A stretch of 64,000 nucleotides of DNA from Candidatus Staskawiczbacteria bacterium (lineage in GTDB: Bacteria > Patescibacteriota > Minisyncoccia > Minisyncoccales > Staskawiczbacteraceae): the NCBI GenBank assembly GCA_023245155.1, contig JAHFKV010000001.1:139034-203033 (forward strand), given 5' to 3'. Of the stretch, positions 1-8,217 are shown piece after piece. Made by a program: the position numbers and the translations under genes. Every line of letters starts with the position of its first letter. Positions within the stretch are counted from its first letter, which is position 1. The notes beneath the pieces are model-generated. The model was not told the DNA's origin, did not search any database, and worked only from the letters and a program-made list of their open reading frames with translations.

Positions 1-103
1 TTAACTCACGCCTATTTACCCCTTTTTTCATTTATAATTGGACTAATTATGTGGAGTATCACATTATTGCAATATTTTTTTTACAATAAAAAACATACAT
101 AAA

Positions 104-802
104 ATGACAAGGGAACCCACCGGCCCAGCACAAGAGGAAAAATTATCACCGGAAATGGCTATGGAAAAACCAGAATTGTACGTGGAAAAACTTTTAAGTA
201 CACTGGAATCAAAAAGCCAACTAATTCACTCGCTTTGGCAATATTTGGTTGAAAACGACTTAGTAGACAAGGAGATACAATTAGATGGAACCACCGACGT
301 AAGTAGATCCACTGATCATGGTATCGTTATGGGCACTGCACCTTTATCTGCAGAAAGAAAAAAACTAATGTTTGAAGAGGAAAATTTCGCTGACTATTTA
401 ACAGAAAAAGCATACATATTAAGCCATGAAATATCTCACAAGATAGCTGCTTTGATTGGGAGTAGCGAAACAATAGAAAAATTTAATAACTTGTATACAA
501 GTGCGATATATTTCAGAAAGCGTGGCAGAGGTCTATCGCTTCACGCGAATCAGGCATCCTATCTTGAAAAAGGACCGGAGGAACAGGCTAAAGAAGATAT
601 TGTTGAGCTGGTAAATATGTATTTATGGGATAAAGAATATCTGCAAAGATTCCTTGCGTTTTTATCCAATCCGGCACTAAAAGAAGCAAGAAAAAAGTTT
701 AAATTATGCAATCTATCTGAAGGATCAGCTTCAAATTTATTTACAGTGATTTCTGAATCTATTGAAGAATTTCTGAAAGAAAAAAAGATTTATGGAGATT
801 AA
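104..802 (+). CDS. hypothetical protein with a single HExxH-type motif (SHEISHK)
   Basis: 232-aa ORF. No family recognised; the HEISH motif is the only clue. Confidence 0.45.
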   Translation: MTREPTGPAQEEKLSPEMAMEKPELYVEKLLSTLESKSQLIHSLWQYLVENDLVDKEIQLDGTTDVSRSTDHGIVMGTAPLSAERKKLMFEEENFADYLTEKAYILSHEISHKIAALIGSSETIEKFNNLYTSAIYFRKRGRGLSLHANQASYLEKGPEEQAKEDIVELVNMYLWDKEYLQRFLAFLSNPALKEARKKFKLCNLSEGSASNLFTVISESIEEFLKEKKIYGD

Positions 803-1490
803 TATCATTTACGAAGACAAAGATATTCTGGCCGTGGATAAGCCTGCGGGAATGGTCGTTTTTCCTGAAGGACAAACGACAGAGAATACTGTTATTGACC
901 GATTAATTACAGAAAAGCCTGAATTAAAGAACGTTGGCGAAACGCCGCGGTACGGCATAGTGCATCGGCTTGATAAAGACACTTCTGGCATACTTTTGGT
1001 GGCCAAGACGCCGGAGGCCTTGATTTTTTTGCAAAAACAGTTTAAAAATAGAGAGGTAAGCAAGAAGTATACGGCATTAGCTACCGGGGTGATAAAAGAT
1101 GATTTTGGCACAATTCACACCCTGATCGGCAGATCTAAAAGCGATCCCCGAAAACAAAAGGCGTATTCTCTAAAAGAAACAAGGGTGGGTTTACGCCAAG
1201 CTATTACTGAATACAAGATTTTACAACGATTTGCCGAATATACCCTGCTGGAAGTCCAAATAAAAACCGGCAGAAAGCATCAAATTCGTTGCCACTTGGC
1301 CTCCATTCGCCATCCGGTAGCAGGAGACAAACTATATGGCTTTAAAGATTCGCCCCGCCCAGAAGGATTAACTAGGCAATTCTTGCACGCGTCCTACCTA
1401 AAAATCCAATTGTTAAACGGTAGTATTCAGGAATTACAATCTGAATTACCGCAAGATTTACAACATATATTAGATAATTTAAAACCATGA
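792..1490 (+). CDS. RluA-family pseudouridine synthase
   Basis: Catalytic motif [18 protein letters not shown] and C-terminal [10 protein letters not shown] are typical of the RluA/RluD family. No N-terminal S4 domain. Confidence 0.85.
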   Translation: MEINIIYEDKDILAVDKPAGMVVFPEGQTTENTVIDRLITEKPELKNVGETPRYGIVHRLDKDTSGILLVAKTPEALIFLQKQFKNREVSKKYTALATGVIKDDFGTIHTLIGRSKSDPRKQKAYSLKETRVGLRQAITEYKILQRFAEYTLLEVQIKTGRKHQIRCHLASIRHPVAGDKLYGFKDSPRPEGLTRQFLHASYLKIQLLNGSIQELQSELPQDLQHILDNLKP

Positions 1491-1915
1491 ACAAACAAAC
1501 TGAAACATTTCAAAAGTCACAACTAAAAGCCATGCCCGATATCCGGCCTGGAGATACGGTTAAAGTACACCAAAAAATCAAGGAGGGAGACAAAGAACGT
1601 ATCCAGATTTTTGAAGGCATTGTGATTGCTCGCAAACATGGCAAGGGCATTTCCAGTACGATTACCGTGCGTAAAGTGGTAGAGGGCGTAGGCGTAGAGC
1701 GAATTTTGCCGGTGCATTCTCCTTCAATTGCAAAAATAGAAGTGGTAAAATCAGGGAAAGTACGCAGGGCAAAGTTGTATTACTTGAGGACCGCCAAAGG
1801 CAAAAAAGCTAGACTGAAGAAGAGGGGATTTGCCGCTGCCATCGCACCAGAAGAACTTAAAGCAGTTCAAGAAGAAACAAGCGCGGGTGGCGAAACGGCA
1901 GACGCACTACCTTGA
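1487..1915 (+). CDS. rplS: 50S ribosomal protein L19 with C-terminal extension
   Basis: [34 protein letters not shown]...RRAKLYYLR is the L19 signature. The last ~35 nt overlap tRNA-Leu. Confidence 0.9.
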   Translation: MNKQTETFQKSQLKAMPDIRPGDTVKVHQKIKEGDKERIQIFEGIVIARKHGKGISSTITVRKVVEGVGVERILPVHSPSIAKIEVVKSGKVRRAKLYYLRTAKGKKARLKKRGFAAAIAPEELKAVQEETSAGGETADALP

Positions 1916-1966
1916 GGTGGTAGCGGGCGCAAGCTCATGCAGGTTCGACTCCTGTCCCGCGCACCA
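1881..1966 (+). tRNA. tRNA-Leu(GAG), long variable arm, encoded CCA
   Basis: Acceptor gcgcggg/cccgcgc. Anticodon stem ctacc/ggtag with loop ttGAGgt. T-arm caggttcgactcctg. 86 nt. Confidence 0.85.
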
Positions 1967-1976
1967 GCAAAATAAT

Positions 1977-2080
1977 GTGTCGCAAGGTATCCAGCGGAAA
2001 TCAGGTCACAAGGAATGCTGTATACTAAAATTTTAACCTGATTTCCGAGGTGAATTTTCTCACTTCGTTCCGAAAATTCA
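1977..2080 (+). promoter_or_regulatory. conserved leader motif, copy E1 (with 11-bp-stem hairpin insert), ending at tRNA-Val 5' end
   Basis: GTGTCGCAA ... ggaaatcaggt/acctgatttcc hairpin (1996-2006/2036-2046) ... GTGAATTTTCTCACTTCGTTCCGAAAATTCA. Homologous to copies at 18319, 20863 and 52689. Confidence 0.6.
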
Positions 2081-2152
2081 GGACGCTTAGCTCAATGGCA
2101 GAGCACCTCGTTTACACCGAGGGGGTTAGGGGTTCGAGTCCCTTAGCGTCCA
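2081..2152 (+). tRNA. tRNA-Val(TAC)
   Basis: Acceptor ggacgct/agcgtcc. Anticodon stem cctcg/cgagg with loop ttTACac. T-loop ggttcgagtcc. Confidence 0.9.
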
Positions 2153-2167
2153 CCGTATTAATTATAT

Positions 2168-2242
2168 GCCGTGGTAGCTCATTGGTAGAGCAGACGCCTG
2201 AAGAGCGCCTGGTAGGGTGTTCGATTCACCCCCGCGGCACCA
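2168..2242 (+). tRNA. tRNA-Phe(GAA), encoded CCA
   Basis: Acceptor gccgtgg/ccgcggc. Anticodon loop ctGAAga. T-arm gggtgttcgattcaccc. Confidence 0.9.
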
Positions 2243-2263
2243 CTATTGAAAATTTATTACGTT

Positions 2264-2335
2264 GCGGGCGTGGTATAGTGGCTATTATACGTCCTTGCCA
2301 AGGACGAGATGGCGGTTCGATTCCGCTCGCCCGCT
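2264..2335 (+). tRNA. tRNA-Gly(GCC)
   Basis: Acceptor gcgggcg/cgcccgc. Anticodon stem cgtcc/ggacg with loop ttGCCaa. T-loop ggttcgattcc. Confidence 0.9.
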
Positions 2336-2344
2336 CATAAAAAA

Positions 2345-2365
2345 GGCCCCTAGTCGGGTCTTTTT
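2345..2365 (+). terminator. putative terminator after the tRNA cluster
   Basis: ggccc..gggtc short hairpin followed by ttttt. Confidence 0.4.
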
Positions 2366-2471
2366 AGTTAATACAAATTACGAAACTTTAATTGAACCAT
2401 GTGCATAATTATTACTATTCACATAGTTACTATTTTATTATAATGAATGAATAAAATTAAATAGTGACCTG

Positions 2472-3851
2472 ATGAAAAATAATAAAATATATTTTGCCGT
2501 AATAATAGTTGCTGTGGTGGTTGTTGGTGCAGTCTTGTTCCAAAGTGTCCTCATTCAGGATGCAGGTGGACCAAAGATTGATTATGTTTCTTTCACCAAA
2601 AGTTTGCTGGGAACAAAAATTACCATTAACGGATCTGGCTTTACAGCCTCATTGACGGGGATTAACAATACAAAAGTTAATGAAAAAATACTGCCACCAG
2701 GAAATTATATTATCATCAAAGACAAACTAATAGACAAACCTATCATCTCTCCTGATGGCAAAACACTCACCGCAGAAATCAATCTTGATGACAAGGACAA
2801 GGATTGCAAAGAAAAAGCCAAATCATGCAAAGTCAAAGTAGTTGATGCACACGGAAAATCCAGCAACGAGGCCGAGGTAGGTTCTTCCGATGAAAAGAAT
2901 GATGATGGCAAGGGTGAGCACGGCACATCCAAAAAAGGACCAACCATAACCACCTCCGTTCTGCCCGACGCTAACATATCCATGCCGTATGCATTTACCC
3001 TCTTAGCAACAGGAGGAACGCCCCCTTATACTTGGAGTGCGACACCAGTATCTAACACCTTCACTCAAACTGTACCTTATTATACCAGTGCCCTTCCCAC
3101 TGAATTCCCGCATGCTTACACGGGCCCCGCGGCTGCATTGGATTTTAATGCTACAACCGGCACTTTATCCGGAACACCACGTATTCTTAACGATCGATCA
3201 GCAAGCACCGTGTTTACTTTTAACGCCGTAGTCACCGATGCCAATGGAAACAGTTCATCCAAGCAACTCACTCTTACTACCAAAGCATTGGCAAGCGCAG
3301 TCTTTTGGGTGGAAAAGGGAAAAGATAGAGTCAACCTTGATACTTGCTATGGAACCAGGCTATCTGAAATTAATTTACTTGATGGGTATTTCTCTCCCCC
3401 TGCCCAAGACCCTCCTTGCATTAATGGTTCCACCTCATATGATGCAAAATATAGTACTGGTGCCCTTTCCAACCAATTAAGCGCCACGATTCAAATCACT
3501 GGCGGAACTTCTCCGTCAATGGATGTTGAGCTTGCAACCGATCTTGGTTCAAAAATGATATATTTGCCAAGTGTAAGCACCATTTGTAGCGGTATATATG
3601 GCATTAATCTTAATAATTCCTCTTGGGAATTTTATATTGCCAAAGATGGGTCAACGTACTTTGGCCGGCAAGATCACCAGTGCGGATATTCTGATATGTC
3701 TCCAGAACAAGCGCTTGCTCCACAAAACCTTGCCAGAGGAGCGAGCGCGGCGCCTAATTTATCATTAACTGCAACCACCACTGATTTATCTCCCAATTCC
3801 ATGAGGGCCAACTCACTATCTAATGTAATCATTAAAAAAGTGGGGCAGTAA
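2472..3851 (+). CDS. membrane-anchored secreted protein with Ig-like repeat region
   Basis: N-terminal TM helix (IYFAVIIVAVVVVGAVLF). The segment LPDANISMPYAFTLLATGGTPPYTWSA resembles putative-Ig/cadherin-like domains. Function unknown. Confidence 0.5.
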   Translation: MKNNKIYFAVIIVAVVVVGAVLFQSVLIQDAGGPKIDYVSFTKSLLGTKITINGSGFTASLTGINNTKVNEKILPPGNYIIIKDKLIDKPIISPDGKTLTAEINLDDKDKDCKEKAKSCKVKVVDAHGKSSNEAEVGSSDEKNDDGKGEHGTSKKGPTITTSVLPDANISMPYAFTLLATGGTPPYTWSATPVSNTFTQTVPYYTSALPTEFPHAYTGPAAALDFNATTGTLSGTPRILNDRSASTVFTFNAVVTDANGNSSSKQLTLTTKALASAVFWVEKGKDRVNLDTCYGTRLSEINLLDGYFSPPAQDPPCINGSTSYDAKYSTGALSNQLSATIQITGGTSPSMDVELATDLGSKMIYLPSVSTICSGIYGINLNNSSWEFYIAKDGSTYFGRQDHQCGYSDMSPEQALAPQNLARGASAAPNLSLTATTTDLSPNSMRANSLSNVIIKKVGQ

Positions 3852-3950
3852 TAAATTACGACGCCATTATAAACCCCACTCAGCTAAAAAATCGTCTGGA
3901 AAAGGCGGTTTTTTAGTACATTTTCACCTTAAAACATCAACCTTGACGCC

Positions 3951-3959
3951 TGTGGATAA
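3951..3959 (-). promoter_or_regulatory. isolated perfect DnaA-box (tgtggataa = TTATCCACA reverse complement)
   Basis: Exact 9-mer match to the consensus DnaA box, 15 nt upstream of a consensus-like promoter. Confidence 0.4.
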
Positions 3960-3973
3960 GTGGTGTATAGCTA

Positions 3974-4002
3974 TTGACAAGGTTAATTGATTATGCTAAT
4001 AT
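3974..4002 (+). promoter_or_regulatory. sigma70-like promoter (TTGACA-17 nt-TAATAT)
   Basis: ttgaca at 3974-3979, a 17-nt spacer, and taatat at 3997-4002. It lies 60 nt upstream of the 4063 start. Confidence 0.55.
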
Positions 4003-4062
4003 ATACATATGCTCGAAAAAGGGCATTTTTTAGTAGGGTAGCCTTATTATTAAGACTATTTT

Positions 4063-4551
4063 ATGAACAAATCTCTAGTAATTAAATCTATTGTTATCGG
4101 CTTTATCACAGGGATAGCTCTATATGCCATAGCAGCCCCGAACACCATCCACGCTGACTTAAAAAACACCTCAAATGATATCACTTCAGCCACGCTGGTG
4201 AAAGATGGGCATCTTACTGTTTGCATGTTAAATGAGTCTTCCCTGATAGTGGTAAGCGAGAAAAGAGTAACGGCTACCGGTTATTCAAGCCGGGTTCAGG
4301 AAACCGATGATACTCCTTTTATTACTGCTTCAGGAAAACATGTACAGTGGGGTATTGTTGCGATTAATGGGTTAAAATTTGGTACTAAAGTAAGATTCCC
4401 GGAATTGTTTGGCGACGAATTGTTCGTCGTTCAAGACAGAATGAATGAAAGCAAAGGAACCGAACATGCCGATTTCTGGTTTGCTAAAACATCGGATGCT
4501 CTCAAGTTTGGAGCTAAATTCAGAGTAAAAATGCAAATCGTGCAAAGCTAA
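4063..4551 (+). CDS. 3D-domain (MltA/RlpA-like double-psi barrel) protein, membrane anchored
   Basis: N-terminal TM helix. VTATGYSSRVQETDDTPFITASGKHVQWGIVAING...VVQDRMNESKGTEHADFWF matches the 3D-domain pattern. Confidence 0.6.
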   Translation: MNKSLVIKSIVIGFITGIALYAIAAPNTIHADLKNTSNDITSATLVKDGHLTVCMLNESSLIVVSEKRVTATGYSSRVQETDDTPFITASGKHVQWGIVAINGLKFGTKVRFPELFGDELFVVQDRMNESKGTEHADFWFAKTSDALKFGAKFRVKMQIVQS

Positions 4552-4560
4552 AAATGCAAA

Positions 4561-4592
4561 AGCGCCCCGATGTACATCGGGGCGCTTTTTGT
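4561..4592. terminator. bidirectional rho-independent terminator
   Basis: agcgccccgatg/catcggggcgct perfect stem flanked by A-run and T-run, between convergent genes. Confidence 0.85.
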
Positions 4593-4602
4593 TTCTAAAA
4601 AC

Positions 4603-5073
4603 TTATCCTTCCATTTCACTCTTTTTAATTGCCATCCAAGCCACTACTGCCGCTATCACTCCTAACAATAACAGCACTGAATAGCCAGCAATATCGGTAA
4701 CGGAAGAGCTTTTCTGCATTCCCTGGCTACGCATAACATCTTGTTCGCAGGCCTTTTGGTAAGCCTTCGAATAATCCTGGAAATCCTGGCTATACTTGTT
4801 GATGGCACCTTGATCTGGAGCCGCCAATCCTTCTCCTGGGCCTATTCCCATAGGGGGCACCGATGGATATTGCGGAGCCATCAAACAAGAAGTGAATGTC
4901 ATAGCTGGTGGGCAATACTGCCCTGAACAGCCGCTTTCCCCATAACTGCCACTGGCAATTTTAACTAATGAAATGGCGAATTGCTGGCCAGACCAGCCCA
5001 TCAATCCAACTGCTACCATAAAAATAATCCAAAGGGCAATTAATCGCACTACTACACGAGGTTCTTTTGTCAT
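4603..5073 (-). CDS. hypothetical membrane protein
   Basis: 156-aa ORF with N- and C-terminal hydrophobic helices. No family recognised. Confidence 0.45.
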   Translation of the reverse strand: MTKEPRVVVRLIALWIIFMVAVGLMGWSGQQFAISLVKIASGSYGESGCSGQYCPPAMTFTSCLMAPQYPSVPPMGIGPGEGLAAPDQGAINKYSQDFQDYSKAYQKACEQDVMRSQGMQKSSSVTDIAGYSVLLLLGVIAAVVAWMAIKKSEMEG

Positions 5074-5116
5074 AGGTTTTTTATTATTTATAGATTCCGA
5101 CCTTTAATAAAAGCAG

Positions 5117-5199
5117 TGCCCGGGGTGGGACTCGAACCCACAAGACGTTACCGTCACAGGATTTTAAGTCCTGCGTGTATACCATTCCACCACCCGGGC
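5117..5199 (-). tRNA. tRNA-Leu(TAA), long variable arm
   Basis: Reverse complement gives acceptor gcccggg/cccgggc, anticodon stem cagga/tcctg with loop ctTAAaa, and T-loop ggttcgagtcc. Confidence 0.85.
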
Positions 5200-5208
5200 A
5201 TGATTTTT

Positions 5209-5280
5209 AAGCTACTTGAGGCCTGGGCGGGAATCGCACCCGCGTATAAGGGTTTTGCAGACCCTTGCATTACTACTTTG
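5209..5280 (-). tRNA. tRNA-Cys(GCA)
   Basis: Reverse complement gives acceptor ggcctgg/ccaggcc, anticodon stem agggt/accct with loop ctGCAaa, and T-arm gcgggtgcgattcccgc. Confidence 0.8.
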
Positions 5281-5295
5281 CTACCAGGCCACATC

Positions 5296-5643
5296 TTAAT
5301 CTGTTATATCAGGCTTTTTAATTTTTTCCAATAATTCCTCCACGCGCGAGGCTTCTGCGGTTTCCTTGTCTGCTACAAATATGATTTTTGGCACCGGGCG
5401 CATGTTCAGCATTTTATTGAGTTTTTTTTGCACGTCATACACCCCTTTATTCAAAACACCAATAACGTGTTCGGTTTTTTCTCCGGGCATAACCGAAATA
5501 TACGCTTTGGTTTGAATTAAATTAGGCGAAGTTTCCACATGGGTTAGCGTCACCAAACTGCCCGCAAACCCAAAATCGGCCGCTAAAATCTTGCTGATTT
5601 CGTGTTCTAACAACGAATTCACTTTTTCAATACGGGTACTCAT
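5296..5643 (-). CDS. rbfA: ribosome-binding factor A
   Basis: 115 aa with RIEKVNSLLEHEISKIL...VTLTHVETSPNL...AKAYISV. Sits immediately downstream of infB, as is typical. Confidence 0.85.
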   Translation of the reverse strand: MSTRIEKVNSLLEHEISKILAADFGFAGSLVTLTHVETSPNLIQTKAYISVMPGEKTEHVIGVLNKGVYDVQKKLNKMLNMRPVPKIIFVADKETAEASRVEELLEKIKKPDITD

Positions 5644-7158
5644 TTAAAGGGTGCCTTTCTGCCGCTCTTCCACGTATGCGACCAATATGTCTGCTGGTTC
5701 AATTTTAACGTTTCCCTCAAACAAAATGCCGGCTTCATCGCCCTTTTTTAACAAATCAACATCTTTTTTATCGCGCTGTAAATTCACAATTCTACCCGCG
5801 CCAATTTTTTCAGGACCGCGGAATACTTCTAATTTCAATCCTTTCTTCAATTCTCCTTCACTGATTTTACCGCCCACAATCTGACGATTTTTTTCAGCCC
5901 AAAACACCAAAATAGTTTTCAACTTTCCCACATCTTTGCGCACGCTTTCAACATCTAACGACTTTTCCATGCCTTGGCGCACCTCTTGGATTAACTCATA
6001 AATAATATCAAAGGTTTTTATCCTAACTTTCTTTTGCGTATCATTTTTCATCAAGGCCAATACCCCTGGATTTATTTTCACCCGAAACCCGATAATCTGC
6101 GCCCTGGTGGTTTCAGCTAACTTGGCATCAGATTCATTAATATCGCCCACTTCAGCTTTTAATACTTTCAGTACAACCTGGTCGCCGGGCAAAGCTTTTA
6201 CCATGGCATCAATAGCTTCCAGCGAACCTTGCGTATCACCCTTTAAAATAATATGAGAGATCTTTTTATCACTAGTAGCTTGTACATCATTCTGCGGGAC
6301 ACTCCGCACCGTTGTGCGAATTTGCAGGTTTTTTGAAGCCTCCTCAATCCCAGCATAACTTTTGAACACTTCTCCAACACCCGGAACCATTTCAAATCCC
6401 AAAATAATGGCGGGCTCTCCGGGCATAGCTTTTTCCAGGGCTTTTCCTTGGAAATCTTGCAGGAGTTTTACCTTGGCTATAGCGGTATCGGTGGCAATAA
6501 TCTGCTTAAGAACCAATATACCTTTTTGCACAATCACCGTTGCCACCGGCCCTTTCAGGCTATCCATGCGCGACTCTATTACCAAACCTTCAGCCGGGCT
6601 TTTTACGTCAGCAGCCAAATCCTGTAAATCAGAAACTAGCAAAATAATTTCCAGTAATTCATCAATACCAGTTTTTTCTTTAGCAGAAACTTCCACGCTG
6701 GGCACCTGGCCGCCCATGTCTTCCACGTACACCTCAACTTTTGCTAATTCGTTTTTAATTTTTTGCGGGTCAGCAGTTGGCAAGTCAATTTTATTTAATA
6801 CCACAATCATGGGAATGCCCGCGGTTTTTATGGCGCCAATAGCTTCTTTAGTTTGAGGTTGCACGCTTTGGGCAGCATCCACCACCAATAAGGCAACATC
6901 GGCCACGCTCGCTCCGCGGGTACGCATGGCTGAAAAGGCTTCGTGGCCTGGCGTATCAATAAAGGTAATTTTATGGCCATTATGTTCAACTTCATAGGCT
7001 CCAATATGCTGGGTGATACCGCCTGATTCTTTAGCAGTAATTTTAAAATCCTTAACAGCTTCCAGCAATGAAGATTTGCCATGGTCCACGTGCCCCAAAA
7101 CCACCACTACGGGAGGGCGCTTGAAAGTAACTTCGGTTGTTTTCTTGCTTTTAACCAT
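5644..7158 (-). CDS. infB: translation initiation factor IF-2 (short form)
   Basis: GTPase motifs GHVDHGKSSLL, DTPGHEAF and NKID, plus the IF-2 C-terminal domains. It lacks the long N-terminal region. Confidence 0.95.
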   Translation of the reverse strand: MVKSKKTTEVTFKRPPVVVVLGHVDHGKSSLLEAVKDFKITAKESGGITQHIGAYEVEHNGHKITFIDTPGHEAFSAMRTRGASVADVALLVVDAAQSVQPQTKEAIGAIKTAGIPMIVVLNKIDLPTADPQKIKNELAKVEVYVEDMGGQVPSVEVSAKEKTGIDELLEIILLVSDLQDLAADVKSPAEGLVIESRMDSLKGPVATVIVQKGILVLKQIIATDTAIAKVKLLQDFQGKALEKAMPGEPAIILGFEMVPGVGEVFKSYAGIEEASKNLQIRTTVRSVPQNDVQATSDKKISHIILKGDTQGSLEAIDAMVKALPGDQVVLKVLKAEVGDINESDAKLAETTRAQIIGFRVKINPGVLALMKNDTQKKVRIKTFDIIYELIQEVRQGMEKSLDVESVRKDVGKLKTILVFWAEKNRQIVGGKISEGELKKGLKLEVFRGPEKIGAGRIVNLQRDKKDVDLLKKGDEAGILFEGNVKIEPADILVAYVEERQKGTL

Positions 7159-7194
7159 AAGGGCATCATACTCTAATTTTACCTAAAATTCAAT

Positions 7195-7230
7195 GAAAAA
7201 AGGGGCCAGATGTCACACGCATCTAGCCCC
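7195..7230 (-). terminator. terminator of GC-rich island A gene
   Basis: ggggccagatg/catctagcccc 11-bp stem with one mismatch, followed on the minus strand by TTTTTT. Confidence 0.7.
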
Positions 7231-7242
7231 TCGGGATAAGCT

Positions 7243-7899
7243 CTAGGCCCGGCACCTTCGCAGCTCGCCGTACGTTTGCACTTGCTTGGGGAAACGTACG
7301 AATTGTTTGCAAACCCTGCAGATAATCTGATCTTCGGCGCTCGTAAGCGTTTTTCGGTCCATCCACCCCCTGCAGCCCGCATGCACACCCACGCAGCCAG
7401 ACAGCTCGCTTTCATTTCTGGTGTGATTGACGAAGTACTTCGGATCTATCAAAAGTGGCAGGGGTGGGTACTCGAGCAAAACGATTCTTTGCCCAAGCTG
7501 GACTGGTTCAAGCGGAACGCTCCGCTCAACTTCCGCGCACACCGCGTCGTAAAGCTCGTTTTCGTCTTCATCCCGGTTGATCCGTCCGAAATGGACGCGC
7601 TTGACCGCGCAGTCTAGCCAGCCCGTGGCAAAGTGGTCCGGTTCGCCCCGGCCATCAATCACCCTGTACGAACACAGGGAATTGACGGCGAAGGTGTCAC
7701 CAGTCGGACGACTATCCTGGTCCAGATAGTTGCCCCGGAGCTTACCGGGCAAAACATCGACTGGTTCAAAACCAGCGGCCTTGACGAGCTCAAGAAGAAC
7801 CTTTTCTCCTGGGCGATCAACTTTTTCGATTCGCGGCCAGTCGTGTCCCAACACCAGTTGAACGAATGGCATTATGACAGCATGGGGTTGCAGAGACAT
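7243..7899 (-). CDS. hypothetical protein encoded on GC-rich island A
   Basis: Start moved to M38 (MSLQPH...), preceded by AAAGGA. The longer ORF would overlap tRNA-Ser. 35/60 GC in lines 7321 and 7561. No family recognised. C-terminal Cys/His cluster (CVGVHAGC...CRVC). Confidence 0.5.
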   Translation of the reverse strand: MSLQPHAVIMPFVQLVLGHDWPRIEKVDRPGEKVLLELVKAAGFEPVDVLPGKLRGNYLDQDSRPTGDTFAVNSLCSYRVIDGRGEPDHFATGWLDCAVKRVHFGRINRDEDENELYDAVCAEVERSVPLEPVQLGQRIVLLEYPPLPLLIDPKYFVNHTRNESELSGCVGVHAGCRGWMDRKTLTSAEDQIICRVCKQFVRFPKQVQTYGELRRCRA

Positions 7900-8000
7900 T
7901 GCGGCGTCCTTTCTTGTTTTGGGTTCGGAAATGGGTTTGGAAAAATGTACTGATTGCTTAACATGGTATACCCTATAACCAGACAAGTCAACAAAAATTG

Positions 8001-8083
8001 CGGAGGGCACAGGATTCGAACCTGCACGGGATTTCTCCCACTGGTTTTCGAAACCAGCGCATTAGCCGTTCTGCCAACCCTCC
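8001..8083 (-). tRNA. tRNA-Ser(CGA), long variable arm
   Basis: Reverse complement gives acceptor ggagggt/gccctcc, anticodon stem ctggt/accag with loop ttCGAaa, and T-loop ggttcgaatcc. Confidence 0.85.
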
Positions 8084-8098
8084 AAAATGTTAATAATG

Positions 8099-8170
8099 TG
8101 CCCCCATCAGGAATTGAACCCAAATTTTTCCCTTAGGACGGGAACGTTCTATCCGTTGAACTATGGAGGC
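8099..8170 (-). tRNA. tRNA-Arg(CCT)
   Basis: Reverse complement gives acceptor gcctcca/tgggggc, anticodon stem ttccc/gggaa with loop gtCCTaa, and T-loop ggttcaattcc. Confidence 0.8.
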
Positions 8171-8217
8171 ATATTCACAAGTTACCAAAAATTTAGTATA
8201 ATTTCAATAATACAACT

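Noticed and set aside
2050-2340. 96-aa ORF on the + strand
   Set aside because: It is entirely composed of tRNA-Val, tRNA-Phe and tRNA-Gly sequences, so it is a by-product of the tRNA cluster.
5116-5334. 72-aa ORF on the + strand
   Set aside because: It is antisense to tRNA-Leu(TAA) and tRNA-Cys(GCA) and is not coding.
7900-8010. N-terminal 37-codon extension of the island A ORF
   Set aside because: The upstream ATG lies inside tRNA-Ser(CGA) and the extension is AT-rich, unlike the gene body. An internal ATG at 7899 has an AAAGGA SD.
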